The notes beneath the pieces are model-generated. The model was not told where the DNA came from and did not search any database. It worked only from the letters and a program-made list of their open reading frames with translations. This document shows positions 9,500 through 19,426 of a DNA stretch of 64,000 bases, one piece after another. Where the stretch lies: positions 1,587 through 65,586 of the forward strand of contig JAGOMJ010000007.1 of NCBI GenBank assembly GCA_017993615.1, read 5' to 3'. A program made the translations under genes and the position numbers. The DNA comes from Smithella sp. (GTDB taxonomy: Bacteria; Desulfobacterota; Syntrophia; Syntrophales; Smithellaceae). How positions within the stretch are numbered: the first letter of the stretch is position 1; each line of letters starts with the position of its first letter.

Positions 9500-9670
9500 T
9501 TATTTCTTGACAATATAAATCACGACGAGAATGGCCAGCACGATAAAAATTGCGCCATAGCCTGTTTCCGTAACGCCGCTCCATCTAAACACATCTCCGA
9601 TAATTTCCGCTCCCATGGCATCGAACGCCCGGATAATATAATGGCCGATTTCATTTGCGACTTTATCCAT
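9500..9670 (-). CDS. small tail-anchored membrane protein (56 aa), below the ORF-track cutoff
   Basis: My own translation: MDKVANEIGHYIIRAFDAMGAEIIGDVFRWSGVTETGYGAIFIVLAILVVIYIVKK. GGGAGGA sits 6 nt upstream of ATG 9670. C-terminal TM helix with a KK tail. The 61-aa track ORF 9520..9705 in another frame has a TTG start and no SD. Confidence 0.55.
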   Translation of the reverse strand: MDKVANEIGHYIIRAFDAMGAEIIGDVFRWSGVTETGYGAIFIVLAILVVIYIVKK

Positions 9671-9763
9671 GTTTTATCCTCCCGATTTCCTGCAAATCCG
9701 CTCAACCGGCACTCGTATCATAATCATAAAACGTCGCCCCGCGTATTTTCATCGTTATACCCG

Positions 9764-11092
9764 TCATCGGCCATTCATGATGCCCTCGGCGGCGATCATG
9801 CCGGACATGGCCGCTCCCACAATACCGCGGCTTTTGCCGGTACCGTCCCCTGCGACAAAGATGCCTTTGACGTTTGTTTCCAGATAATGGTCGGTCGGGA
9901 AATGCGTATCGAAAAATTTTATTTCCGGCGCATACATTAACGTTGACGGATGCAAAATGCCCGGGATGATTTTGTCCAGCGATTTGAGCGATTCCCACAG
10001 ATTGTCCATGATGCGTGCGGGCATGGCCAGGGTGATGTCGCCGGGGGTTGCGCTGCAGGTCGCCCTGCAGACTTCAAAATGCCGCGCCGTGCTGTTGAAC
10101 GTGGACAGCGAACTTCTCCTGCCTTCGCGGAAATCCCCGATGCGCTGGACGATCGGCTTGCCGCCTCCGAGCAGGAAAAATTGTTTGGCAATACTCAATC
10201 CGAATTCCGTAGTATCCGAATAAGGTTTGGTCAGGGCAACGGTGTTGATCAGGGCAAAATTGGTATTCTTTGTTTTCTTCCCTGACAGGGCATCGCCATT
10301 GACCAGTTTAAAATCACCGTAGCTTTCCACCCGGACCCGCCCGCCGGGATTGGTACAAAACGTCCTGACCTTATCGCCGTGGCGTCCCGTCGTAAAAATA
10401 AACTTTGGATCGTAAACGATACCGGTCACAAAGTCGTAGAATTTTCTGTTGAGCTCCAGGCGGATCCCCACATCGATCGGACCGAAATTATTCCGGATGT
10501 CCAGTGCTCTGGCGATATCGCGGAACCAGTAGGCGCCGCTGCGGCCCGGAGCGGCCAGAATGACCGGCGCGCAACAGCTCTTTCGTTTTTTATCGATGCG
10601 GCAGAGCAGTCGGAAGGAGCCCTCCCGTTTTTTTTCGACGGACTCGACCTCTGTGCTCAGCAGAAAATCGGTTTTTTTCAGCTGTCCCCGCAGATAATCC
10701 ACCAGAGCCCTGCCGTTATCCGTTCCCCAGTGCCACTGTTCGGGCGCAATAAACTGTGCACCGTGTTCGGCGGCCATATCCGCCAGAGCCCGAAGATTAT
10801 TTCTGTTATCGGTAAAGGTAACCTGACGGCAGCGCGGAAATCCCGTAAATATACGCTTGATTTCCAGCATCATACCCTCCGCCGTTACACGGTCGATTTG
10901 CAGTTCATCGATGTCCAGACCGACGCGGTAATCGAAGTTTAGTTTGCCGTCGTTGAGAAGTCCGCCGGCGGGATATGGATTGCGATCGATGACGGCTATG
11001 TCGTCCATTCCGAGTTTTTCCAGCCGAAGCGCAGCAAACAGCCCTGCCGGACCGGAACCGATAATCAAGATTTTATAGTTTTTCATTTGCAT
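9764..11092 (-). CDS. FAD-dependent oxidoreductase (COG2509-like)
   Basis: N-terminal dinucleotide-binding motif KILIIGSGPAGLFAA and a C-terminal GIFVAGDGTGKSRGIVGAAMSG motif. Start chosen at MQMKNYK. Confidence 0.8.
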   Translation of the reverse strand: MQMKNYKILIIGSGPAGLFAALRLEKLGMDDIAVIDRNPYPAGGLLNDGKLNFDYRVGLDIDELQIDRVTAEGMMLEIKRIFTGFPRCRQVTFTDNRNNLRALADMAAEHGAQFIAPEQWHWGTDNGRALVDYLRGQLKKTDFLLSTEVESVEKKREGSFRLLCRIDKKRKSCCAPVILAAPGRSGAYWFRDIARALDIRNNFGPIDVGIRLELNRKFYDFVTGIVYDPKFIFTTGRHGDKVRTFCTNPGGRVRVESYGDFKLVNGDALSGKKTKNTNFALINTVALTKPYSDTTEFGLSIAKQFFLLGGGKPIVQRIGDFREGRRSSLSTFNSTARHFEVCRATCSATPGDITLAMPARIMDNLWESLKSLDKIIPGILHPSTLMYAPEIKFFDTHFPTDHYLETNVKGIFVAGDGTGKSRGIVGAAMSGMIAAEGIMNGR

Positions 11093-11445
11093 CACATTAA
11101 AGACGAAAAGCATTTACACCGGTTATAAGAATGACGGCCTTTTGACCCCAATCCAGGCATGACCAATCTTCACGGACACTTTTTTCTTATTTTACATAAT
11201 TAGCGCCGGTTATCAAGTCATGTTATTTTATCAATGATACCCTGTATTTTCTCCATCTACAAATCGGCATGTCCGCTGTTTGCCACATGACACAGCAAGA
11301 GAGATCTATTGTTTTTTTCATGCGGGATGCCTATAATATAATTACAATCTTCAGTCAAAGGAGGTGATAAGATCAGCGCAAAAAAAAGCAGTTGGTGTGA
11401 GTCACTTATCTGTTTTGGTGATCATACGTGAAAGGAGGGATGGTC

Positions 11446-11892
11446 ATGTTTGCACCAAAAAGAATTCTCGTACCGACAGATTTCTCCGATTACTCCGATG
11501 AAGCCTTGAAACAGGCGTTGGAACTCGCAAAACAATACCACTCGAAAGTTTATCTGCTTCACGTCGCAAATCCGGTAACACAATGCACAGCCGATTATTG
11601 TCTGGATGTGGACACGTTCAAGAAAGCCGAAGAAAGCACAATGATTAAAGCAAGGGATATGATGCAACAAGAGCTGCAGAAATTCCCTGAATCCCAGGAG
11701 ATCGAAATTATCAGTGATATCAGAGAGGGAGAACCGGTGGCAGAAATTCTGAAAGAACAGGAAGAAAAAGGTGTGGACTTAATCGTGATGCCGTCGCACG
11801 GCAGATCAGGACTCTTGAAGAGGCTCATGGGTCAGATTGCCGAGAAGGTCATGGAGGCAACCAAGACCCCTGTTCTGCTTGTGCACCACTGA
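11446..11892 (+). CDS. universal stress protein (UspA family)
   Basis: ILVPTDFSDYSDEAL...DLIVMPSHGRSGLLKRLMGQIAEKVM...PVLLV is the canonical Usp pattern. AGGAGG sits 7 nt upstream of ATG 11446. Confidence 0.85.
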   Translation: MFAPKRILVPTDFSDYSDEALKQALELAKQYHSKVYLLHVANPVTQCTADYCLDVDTFKKAEESTMIKARDMMQQELQKFPESQEIEIISDIREGEPVAEILKEQEEKGVDLIVMPSHGRSGLLKRLMGQIAEKVMEATKTPVLLVHH

Positions 11893-11921
11893 TGGGTTCG
11901 AAAAATCAAGAAGCAATGACA

Positions 11922-11950
11922 CAAGGCGGTGTTGAATCAACACCGCCTTG
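11922..11950. terminator. bidirectional hairpin between convergent usp and ubiB-like genes
   Basis: CAAGGCGGTGTTGA / TCAACACCGCCTTG form a perfect 14-bp stem with a 1-nt gap (realistically a shorter stem around a 3-5 nt loop). No strong U-run on either side. Confidence 0.45.
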
Positions 11951-11957
11951 ATCTTGT

Positions 11958-13676
11958 TCAGAGCATCCCTTTTTTCAGGATGGCGATCAGAAGCCAGCCG
12001 CCCAGAACAGCGGCTGCGGAAAACCCGATCAACCCGATGAGGGATATTCCATACACCAGCGGCGGGGTGCTGTAGGCGAGAAGATACGCGGAACCGATGA
12101 TCAGGGCGGCAATGATAATGGAAAAGGACAGACGGTTGCCGGCCTGATCAAGATCGCGCAAAAAGGTATCGATCCATCGCATTTCCATATTGATGGTCAT
12201 TTTGTTCTGACGAATCAGTCTGGTTACCTGCAACACTTCCCGGGGAAGGGCCTGAATCATATGCATGGATTCGGACACAACGGTCAATAAATCCGCGGCG
12301 ATTTTTTCCGGCGCATATCGGGCCAGTTTCGCCCGTTTAATAAAAGGCTCGGCGTAGGCAATCATATCGAATTCCGGATCGAGCAGGCGGGCGATGCCCT
12401 CCATCGCGGCGAAGGCTTTCATCATTAAAAATATAACCGGGGGGATTCTGATTTTATTGCTGGTGGCAATATCGAGCAAATCCTGGATCAAACGGGCCAG
12501 ATCAATGTCTTTGAGCGATTTGAAAAGATGCCTGCCCATAAAATCATCAATCTCTCTTTCCAGCAGGCGGATATCCGGTTCATCATCGTATTCTCCAAGC
12601 TCCAGCATCAGCCGCGCACATTGTTCCGCATCTTTTCTGCCGAGCGTTTCCATAATATCCACGAAGAGTGCGCGTTGCCGTTTGTCCACGGAACCGGTCA
12701 TGCCGAAATCGAGAACACAAATGACGTTGTTCGGCAGGACAAAGACGTTACCCGGATGCGGATCGGCATGGAAAAACCCGAATTCAAAAACCTGTTTTAT
12801 AACGAAATGAGCGCCGCGGGAGGTGATTTTTTTAAGATCCATGCCGGCCTTTTCAAGTTTTTCCATATCCGACACCTTGATGCCGTCCACATATTCCATG
12901 GTGAGAACCCGCCTGCCGGACAGTTCTGAAAAGACTTTGGGAATGTAGATGGTTCTGTCGCTGAGGAACTGTCCGGCAACACGTTCCATGCTGGAAGCTT
13001 CAGTGGTAAAATCCAGCTCTCTTTCCAATGTTCGGGCAAATTCTTCGACGACACGGGTGGGCTTCTGAAATGATATTTCTTCGATGTTTTTCTCCATCAG
13101 CGACGCCAGATGGAGCATGATCTCTAGATCGACTTCGATGATTTTTTTGAGTCCCGGCCGCTGGATTTTAACGGCAACAACCTCGCCGTCATTGAGCACG
13201 GCCTTATGCACCTGCGCGATGGAGGCGGAAGCCAAAGGCTTCTCCTCAAACGACAAGAAAAAATTATCCAGATCACCGCCGAGCTCGGATTCGATAATTG
13301 CTTTCGCCTCGGAGAAGGGGAAAGGCGGCACGTTATCCTGGAGTTTTTCGAATTCCTGGATAACATCCGCAGGAACAAGGTCCGGACGCGTGGAAAGAAT
13401 CTGGGCGAATTTGATGAATGTCGGACCGAGTTCTTCAAAAAGCAGCCGCACCCGTTCCGGACGGCTTAATCTTTCAACATTTTCGCGCTGATGACGGGAA
13501 ATCATCTGAAGACCGATCTCGATATACTGATCGATTTTCAGTCTTTCCACCAGATCATCAAATCCATATCTGAAAAGAATGGAGAGGATTTGTCGATAGC
13601 GGCTGAAATTGCGGTACGTCCGACCCAGCACACCTATTTTTTTGATGCTTAACATTCCGCTGAAATCCTCTTGCAC
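11958..13676 (-). CDS. ABC1/UbiB-family atypical kinase
   Basis: LGPTFIKFAQILSTRPDLVP, ASIAQVH, AVKIQRPG and FFHADPHPGNVF motifs, with C-terminal TM helices. Confidence 0.85.
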   Translation of the reverse strand: MQEDFSGMLSIKKIGVLGRTYRNFSRYRQILSILFRYGFDDLVERLKIDQYIEIGLQMISRHQRENVERLSRPERVRLLFEELGPTFIKFAQILSTRPDLVPADVIQEFEKLQDNVPPFPFSEAKAIIESELGGDLDNFFLSFEEKPLASASIAQVHKAVLNDGEVVAVKIQRPGLKKIIEVDLEIMLHLASLMEKNIEEISFQKPTRVVEEFARTLERELDFTTEASSMERVAGQFLSDRTIYIPKVFSELSGRRVLTMEYVDGIKVSDMEKLEKAGMDLKKITSRGAHFVIKQVFEFGFFHADPHPGNVFVLPNNVICVLDFGMTGSVDKRQRALFVDIMETLGRKDAEQCARLMLELGEYDDEPDIRLLEREIDDFMGRHLFKSLKDIDLARLIQDLLDIATSNKIRIPPVIFLMMKAFAAMEGIARLLDPEFDMIAYAEPFIKRAKLARYAPEKIAADLLTVVSESMHMIQALPREVLQVTRLIRQNKMTINMEMRWIDTFLRDLDQAGNRLSFSIIIAALIIGSAYLLAYSTPPLVYGISLIGLIGFSAAAVLGGWLLIAILKKGML

Positions 13677-13722
13677 GTTCTGAAGCCGTTTGCGCCGGGC
13701 AACAGATCCAGGATACCCGGAC

Positions 13723-14022
13723 TTATTTCTTGCGGGCTTTTTTCAAATTGCCGATCTCTTTCTTAAGGGCATTGAGTTCTTTCCTGCTGGCAATATCCGC
13801 GCTGGCCATGTAGTCGGCGATGCCCTTTTGAATTGTTTTTTCCATGTCACGTCTGGACTGCTCGTATTTCTTTGTCAAATCGGCTACAAATTTTCTGCCT
13901 TCTGCTTCGCTCATCTTACTTTTTTTGATGATGTCTTTGGCCACGGTTTCCATTTCCGAGCGGGTTTTCAGAGCAAGGCCGATTCCTGTCAACATAACTT
14001 TTTTCATCATTTCAAACGGCAT
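13723..14022 (-). CDS. phasin-like small helical protein (COG3937-like)
   Basis: 99 aa, K/E-rich and helical, immediately upstream of the UbiB-family gene in the same orientation, a pairing seen in many bacteria. Family call is from composition and context. Confidence 0.5.
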   Translation of the reverse strand: MPFEMMKKVMLTGIGLALKTRSEMETVAKDIIKKSKMSEAEGRKFVADLTKKYEQSRRDMEKTIQKGIADYMASADIASRKELNALKKEIGNLKKARKK

Positions 14023-14119
14023 AATGTCCTCCTTGTTGAATGGTTGATGGTCATTTTACTTTAAACCGCTTACGATGATTCGCCTGTGTCCCGTTGATCA
14101 TTGATTAACGTCTTCTTTG

Positions 14120-14148
14120 AATATAAGGAAGTTACTTTTACGTGTCAA
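14120..14148 (-). promoter_or_regulatory. sigma70-type promoter for the phasin-like/ubiB-like operon
   Basis: Minus strand reads TTGACA, a 17-nt spacer, then TATATT, about 95 nt upstream of ATG 14022. Confidence 0.4.
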
Positions 14149-14233
14149 TTGATTTCTGAATAATGACCGCCTCTTCAACCGGTAAAACACTCTTCAACTC
14201 ACTCCGGCACATTTTCCGTCATGCGCAATTGAC

Positions 14234-15253
14234 TCAATGCGTATTCAACACATCGATTCCGGTGATGTAAGCTTCCATAAAATGAACTTTCATAAAGTGG
14301 GAGCTGTTATACCGCCTTCCCGTGAACTGCTTATATTTTTCATAAAAGCCCGGCAGGTGGCGCGGTGAAAATCTCACTTCCTTGCCGACATGTTTAAACC
14401 CCAGCAATCGATACGGCGGTTGTGCAATCGGTCCGCCTTGAGCCTTCTCAACTCTGACATCGGCAAATCTCGGTGCCGGTATGGGATCTTCGGTATTGAC
14501 AAAACGGAATAACGCGAGAGAATCGCTCTTCCTTTTGATTTTTTGGGCCCGAAGACAAGATTCATGTCCATAGCGTGCCGCAAAATACCGGTTGCCAATG
14601 GGCGGAGCGCCAAATGTATGGGAAAGAATTCTGTTCCGGGAAACATTGTAACAGTCGCATAATCGCGCGGCATAAAGCGTTGCCATGGCTCCGCCCAGGC
14701 TATGTCCGATAATCCAGAAGAAACATTGCTTTCTTTTAAGTTCATCTCCCAGCATCTGAAGCAGGTTGCCTTTCAACGGACCGTCCTTGAAAATAACGCG
14801 TCTGCTCCAGTCTTCAAAATCGTGAACCCTTTCAAAAATTCCATTGTGAACCTTCAGGCGGCTGAAATGAGGAAATTTTTCTTTATTCAGGAAACGCGTC
14901 ATTCGAATATCCAGATTCTGGAGCCAGTCCTGGACCTGGTCCGACCCTCTGAACACAATGACAACCAGCGCTTTGGCTCCTTCCGGGGTCTGAATACCGC
15001 GGCATCCGATCAGCGCCTGTAAATGGTTGTGGTAAAATAACTGGACATCGAAGAAACCAAGTGTCAGCAGCGTTTCCGCATAACGCGGATCGTTGTAATA
15101 ACTGTCCCGGGCAAGATAAGCCGCAATCCCTGTTTTTTGTGCATCAAGACGGCCGAGTCTTTCCGCAGCAAACATCATGTTCCAGTCCAGGTATCCATGA
15201 TAGATATCGTCCAGCATGATGGTGTGTGTCTCCCGTCTTTCAAAACATCCCAT
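14234..15253 (-). CDS. class 3 lipase-family alpha/beta hydrolase
   Basis: VVIVFRGS, the nucleophile elbow IIGHSLGGAMA, TFGAPPIGN and a downstream EDPIP match the Lipase_3 pattern. Confidence 0.8.
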   Translation of the reverse strand: MGCFERRETHTIMLDDIYHGYLDWNMMFAAERLGRLDAQKTGIAAYLARDSYYNDPRYAETLLTLGFFDVQLFYHNHLQALIGCRGIQTPEGAKALVVIVFRGSDQVQDWLQNLDIRMTRFLNKEKFPHFSRLKVHNGIFERVHDFEDWSRRVIFKDGPLKGNLLQMLGDELKRKQCFFWIIGHSLGGAMATLYAARLCDCYNVSRNRILSHTFGAPPIGNRYFAARYGHESCLRAQKIKRKSDSLALFRFVNTEDPIPAPRFADVRVEKAQGGPIAQPPYRLLGFKHVGKEVRFSPRHLPGFYEKYKQFTGRRYNSSHFMKVHFMEAYITGIDVLNTH

Positions 15254-15316
15254 TAAATCATTTTCATCGAAGCCGTTTTTTTATCAAGATCATGATGGGA
15301 AAGATATTTTTGATGC

Positions 15317-15553
15317 TTACCGGTTCAGCTTCCATTTAATCTGAAATTCCACTTCCTCTTCTGAGGTGCCACGTTCATGTTCGATGTTGATGACGGCATC
15401 GGTTGGAATTGTAATTTTTTCTCCTGCAATCTGTATACGGAATGGATGACCGGTTTCGATACAGTCAGCCAGCCGTCTCAGTTTCATGACAAACTGCCCA
15501 GCGGCATAATCTTTTTCGATATCTCTTTTCTTCTTTTTCTGTTTCTGCGGCAT
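15317..15553 (-). CDS. amphi-Trp domain protein
   Basis: 78 aa with a basic N-terminus, then LRRLADCIETGHPFRIQIAGEKITIPTDAVINIEHE...EVEFQIKW, which resembles the amphi-Trp family. Confidence 0.55.
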   Translation of the reverse strand: MPQKQKKKKRDIEKDYAAGQFVMKLRRLADCIETGHPFRIQIAGEKITIPTDAVINIEHERGTSEEEVEFQIKWKLNR

Positions 15554-15631
15554 CTGATTTTTACCTTTCCATTGAATAATTTTGGCCCTTTGAGACCCTC
15601 CTCAAACGGCCCGGCCCTTCAGCGGCTTATC

Positions 15632-16036
15632 TTACAGAAAACTAATTTCCTTGGCCGACGCCGTCACGACATAACAACGTTCATTATTGGATCCGGCATC
15701 CGCCGGCACAAGGAAGAACCCCGGACGTCCGGGTTGATAGCCTGTCGTGGTGCCGATCAGAACTTCCCCGTCCTTGAAAACCACTTTGATCTTGCGCCCG
15801 ACAACCGGTTGCGATGCATTAAACTCGTTGGTTTTGACGTGCTGCGGATTGCCTGCCAGATCTTTCACAAAGAATAACGCTTTCATATCCTTCGTGAACA
15901 CTTCCAACGCCTTGGTTCCCGGCGCGGCCGCCGATTCGGTTACGTGAAAAACGTCTTTTCCCGGAAAAAAATCTGCGGTTGTTCCCTTGATCATTTTTCC
16001 ATTTGCCAATCGTGCCACTACTTTATTCACAAGCAT
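15632..16036 (-). CDS. hypothetical protein with an internal duplication of a small beta-rich module
   Basis: Two related halves: VVARLANGKMIKGTTADFFPGKDVFHV and IKVVFKDGEVLIGTTTGYQPGRPGFFLVPAD. The family is common in deltaproteobacterial genomes, and I am not certain of its name. Confidence 0.6.
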   Translation of the reverse strand: MLVNKVVARLANGKMIKGTTADFFPGKDVFHVTESAAAPGTKALEVFTKDMKALFFVKDLAGNPQHVKTNEFNASQPVVGRKIKVVFKDGEVLIGTTTGYQPGRPGFFLVPADAGSNNERCYVVTASAKEISFL

Positions 16037-16126
16037 TCCTCTTCAATAATTCCATGAGACATTCATTTCAATCTCTGCGCCCGGACAATTACCAATGATC
16101 ATTTCTGCCCCCGGCTCGCAACAGGA

Positions 16127-16585
16127 TCACTGTTTCTTCGAGCAAACTTCTTTTTGAAGGGCCGCCGCTGGAGAGCCAGGGTTGATAATAAACATTTTCT
16201 TTTCACCTTTATCGACATCGAAATATAACGACTCTCCGTCGCTGTCAAAATGGCTGATGGACAATACCGTTATACCTTTTTTCCCGCAATCGATCGCATA
16301 CCGGCATGTTTTATGCGCAAGCTTGTCATACCCTTTCATGGACAGTCCATCCTTGATTCTGGACTGCAGTTCTATCGTTCTGCCCATATCGGAATAGACT
16401 TGTTTTGCCCAGACCTCAACCGTATAATTTGCCGCGTCCACTTTTACCCTGTTCTGATCATACCAATAGACATTCCCGTCGGCATCTTTATGGTACTGAA
16501 CCCAATCGGACGCCTCTTTTTCGCAACCGGCAAATACAAAAACAAATAACGTCAACACGCATAATATCGATTTTAGTGCTTTCAT
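16127..16585 (-). CDS. lipoprotein (possibly adhesin-E-like fold)
   Basis: Lipobox FVFAGC after a signal peptide. Small W/Y-rich beta-type sequence. Confidence 0.65.
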   Translation of the reverse strand: MKALKSILCVLTLFVFVFAGCEKEASDWVQYHKDADGNVYWYDQNRVKVDAANYTVEVWAKQVYSDMGRTIELQSRIKDGLSMKGYDKLAHKTCRYAIDCGKKGITVLSISHFDSDGESLYFDVDKGEKKMFIINPGSPAAALQKEVCSKKQ

Positions 16586-16699
16586 GCTTCACCCCTTTTT
16601 TGTGACCGATTCATTCATCCTGCCGTAATTCCCAGAATCGAATGTTCTCAACATACATCGGCAATAAATATTTATACCATATATTGAAGGAAAGTAGAA

Positions 16700-18694
16700 C
16701 TAACCCATTTCCAGCAATATTTTGTTCAGCTCTCTGATTTCGTCCCGCAGTTCGGCGGCGTGCTCGAATTCCATATTTTTTGCGGCCTGCTTCATTTCTC
16801 TGGTCAGTTTTGCAATGAAAGCCGGGAGGTCTTCTTCCTTTAGCGGAGCGACTCTTTCGGACACGGTTGCAGGTAACGTTACATAATCGGCTTCGTAAAT
16901 CGATCCCAGAACACTGCTGATCGATTTTTTAATGGTCTCAGGGGTGATGTTATTTTCTTCATTGTATTTCTGCTGAATGGCGCGCCGCCGTTTTGTCTCA
17001 TCCAAACAGGCTTGAATCGAGTGGGTCATCTTATCAGCATACATGATGACTTTCCCGGAAACATTGCGCGCGGCGCGGCCGCTGGTCTGGATGAGTGAAC
17101 GTTCCGATCGCAGGAATCCCTCTTTGTCTGCATCAAGAATGGCCACCAACGACACTTCGGGAATGTCCAATCCTTCCCGCAGCAGGTTGACGCCGATCAG
17201 GACGTCAAAAACGCCCCGACGAAGATCGCGGATAATGTCCACCCGCTCCAACGTGTGTACATCGGAGTGAAGATAGCGCACCTTGATATCCAGACCGGCG
17301 TAGTAATCCGTCAGATTTTCCGCCATACGTTTCGTCAGCGTCGTCACGAGCACCTTTTCATTTTTTTCAATCCGCGCTCTGATTTCCGCCAGAAGATCAT
17401 CAACCTGATTCGTGGCCGGTTTGACTTCGATCTCCGGATCCATCAATCCTGTCGGACGGATGATCTGCTCGACACGGATACCTTTCGCTTTGGCCATTTC
17501 ATACTGCGCCGGCGTCGCCGAAACATAGATGCGCTGATTGGGCAGGGCTTCGTATTCGTCAAAACGCAATGGACGGTTGTCCAGCGCGGAGGGAAGGCGG
17601 AATCCATATTTGACCAGCGTCTCCTTGCGGGAACGGTCGCCGCGGTACATACCGGCCAGTTGCGGCAGTGTCGCGTGGCTTTCATCAATAATAATCAGGG
17701 CATCCTGCGGCAGATATTCCATCAATGTCGGCGGCGGTTGACCGGGTTTGCGTCCGGTTAAATGACGGGAATAATTTTCGATACCCTGACAATACCCCAT
17801 CTCCTCCATCATTTCCAGATCGAAGTTGGTGCGCTGCTCCAGCCTTTGCGTCTCCAACAGTTTATTCTGGTCTCTGTATTCGGCAAGCGTCAGTGCCAGT
17901 TCCCGGCGAATGTCATGAATCGCCCGTTGCAGATTTTCACGGGAAGAAACATAATGGCTTCCGGGATAAACAGCAGTCTTATGGATGACGCCTATCTTTT
18001 TGCTTCGCAACGGATCAATCAACGTCATCGATTCGATCATATCACCGAAAAATTCGATTCGTAAGGCCTGTTCGTCTTCATAAGGCGGAAAGATCTCCAC
18101 GATATCGCCGCGGACGCGGAACGTCCCGCGATGAAAATCGATATCGTTTCTCTCATACTGAATTTCAATCAGCCGTTTCAGCAGTTCATCCCGTGAGAAT
18201 TCCTTGCCCGCTTCCAGCTGGACGATCATTCCCAGATAGGCCTCCGGCGATCCCAAACCGTAAATACAGGAAACGCTGGCGACGATAATAACATCGCGCC
18301 GTGTCAAAAGAGCATGGGTTGCCGCATGGCGCAGTTTATCGATTTCCTCGTTGATGGCCGAATCCTTTTCGATATACGTGTCGGTTACCGGCAGGTAGGC
18401 TTCCGGCTGGTAGTAATCATAATAACTGACAAAATATTCCACGGCGTTTTCAGGGAAGAGTCCCTTGAATTCTTCATACAACTGCGCCGCCAGTGTTTTA
18501 TTGTGCGCAATAATCAGCGCCGGACGCTGAACGCGTTCGATGACATTGGCAATCGTAAACGTCTTGCCGGAACCGGTTACCCCGAGAAGGACCTGATGTT
18601 CATTGCCCTTTTCCAGACCTTGCACCAGACGATCAATCGCCTGAGGCTGGTCCCCGGCCGGAACAAAATCCGTTATCATTGAAAGTTTCTTCAT
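16700..18694 (-). CDS. uvrB: excinuclease ABC subunit B
   Basis: [23 protein letters not shown], the full helicase motifs and the C-terminal UVR domain ([12 protein letters not shown]). Confidence 0.97.
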   Translation of the reverse strand: MKKLSMITDFVPAGDQPQAIDRLVQGLEKGNEHQVLLGVTGSGKTFTIANVIERVQRPALIIAHNKTLAAQLYEEFKGLFPENAVEYFVSYYDYYQPEAYLPVTDTYIEKDSAINEEIDKLRHAATHALLTRRDVIIVASVSCIYGLGSPEAYLGMIVQLEAGKEFSRDELLKRLIEIQYERNDIDFHRGTFRVRGDIVEIFPPYEDEQALRIEFFGDMIESMTLIDPLRSKKIGVIHKTAVYPGSHYVSSRENLQRAIHDIRRELALTLAEYRDQNKLLETQRLEQRTNFDLEMMEEMGYCQGIENYSRHLTGRKPGQPPPTLMEYLPQDALIIIDESHATLPQLAGMYRGDRSRKETLVKYGFRLPSALDNRPLRFDEYEALPNQRIYVSATPAQYEMAKAKGIRVEQIIRPTGLMDPEIEVKPATNQVDDLLAEIRARIEKNEKVLVTTLTKRMAENLTDYYAGLDIKVRYLHSDVHTLERVDIIRDLRRGVFDVLIGVNLLREGLDIPEVSLVAILDADKEGFLRSERSLIQTSGRAARNVSGKVIMYADKMTHSIQACLDETKRRRAIQQKYNEENNITPETIKKSISSVLGSIYEADYVTLPATVSERVAPLKEEDLPAFIAKLTREMKQAAKNMEFEHAAELRDEIRELNKILLEMG

Positions 18695-18749
18695 ATGCTA
18701 TGATTGTTTTAAATGATCGGATTTGTTGCTGCGCGAAGAAGCGGATGGC

Positions 18750-19067
18750 TTATTTACTTCGCTGCAAATTACTCTGCCAGCGATAAGCGGCTTCCCAGCT
18801 TTTTGTGTTTTTGTATTCTTCATAAACCAGATCATTGATGGCGCGGGACATAAATGACGCAAATGTTTCTTTGGGAACGATCATACGGTATGCATAATCG
18901 GTTTGGGGAGTATCCAGCACCTCGCCGTGAAATTGACACTGTTTTTTCAGTAAATCCTGTAATTTATCCAGATCATCTTTACTGTGCGCTCTGACTAAAA
19001 GCTCATCTTCTTTACACGGTTCCTTGGTCACTACCGAATAAAAACCTGTTTTAAGATAAAGCCACAT
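18750..19067 (-). CDS. hypothetical protein (105 aa)
   Basis: Complete ORF with AAGGGGA upstream of the ATG. No recognised family. Confidence 0.5.
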   Translation of the reverse strand: MWLYLKTGFYSVVTKEPCKEDELLVRAHSKDDLDKLQDLLKKQCQFHGEVLDTPQTDYAYRMIVPKETFASFMSRAINDLVYEEYKNTKSWEAAYRWQSNLQRSK

Positions 19068-19426
19068 CGTTTCCCCTTGCGTTTTTCCTCAATGGCAAAT
19101 ACGCGCGCTAGTCCGTTAAAAAAACGTCTTCAGATCTTCACTAATCATGGATGATCATTTCAATTTCAAATTCAAACGTATTAAGTTTATCATAAAATCA
19201 ATATTTTGAAAATGAAAGTTGAATCAAAAGATACGCGTCACCGGTCATCGCTCTGCCGTGACGGCTGTAAATTTTTTTCACTTTTATGGACTGTTCAAAA
19301 AATACTGACACCATGGGCGTGCAAGAGCGGGATCATACGCATCTGCGAAACATGGACCAAGCGATCTATACAAAACGATATCTAACGTGGCGACGTTCAG
19401 AGAATGCGATCTTTCAACAGATCTCT

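Noticed and set aside
9520-9705. 61-aa minus-strand track ORF between the FAD oxidoreductase and lepB
   Set aside because: It has a TTG start, no SD and no protein-like pattern. The overlapping 56-aa ORF in another frame (9500..9670) has a strong SD and a clean TM helix, so I prefer that one.
11890-11910. GGGTTCGAA, a possible tRNA T-loop
   Set aside because: No T-stem complement, anticodon arm or acceptor stem could be built around it. It sits right at the usp stop codon. I found no tRNA anywhere in the window.
19236-19263. Hairpin CGTCACCGG / CCGTGACG about 165 nt downstream of the helicase stop, as a possible terminator or sRNA 3' end
   Set aside because: The stem has a bulge, the U-tract is weak (UAUCUUUUG), and nothing convincing lies between it and the helicase stop. 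The evidence is too weak to call.
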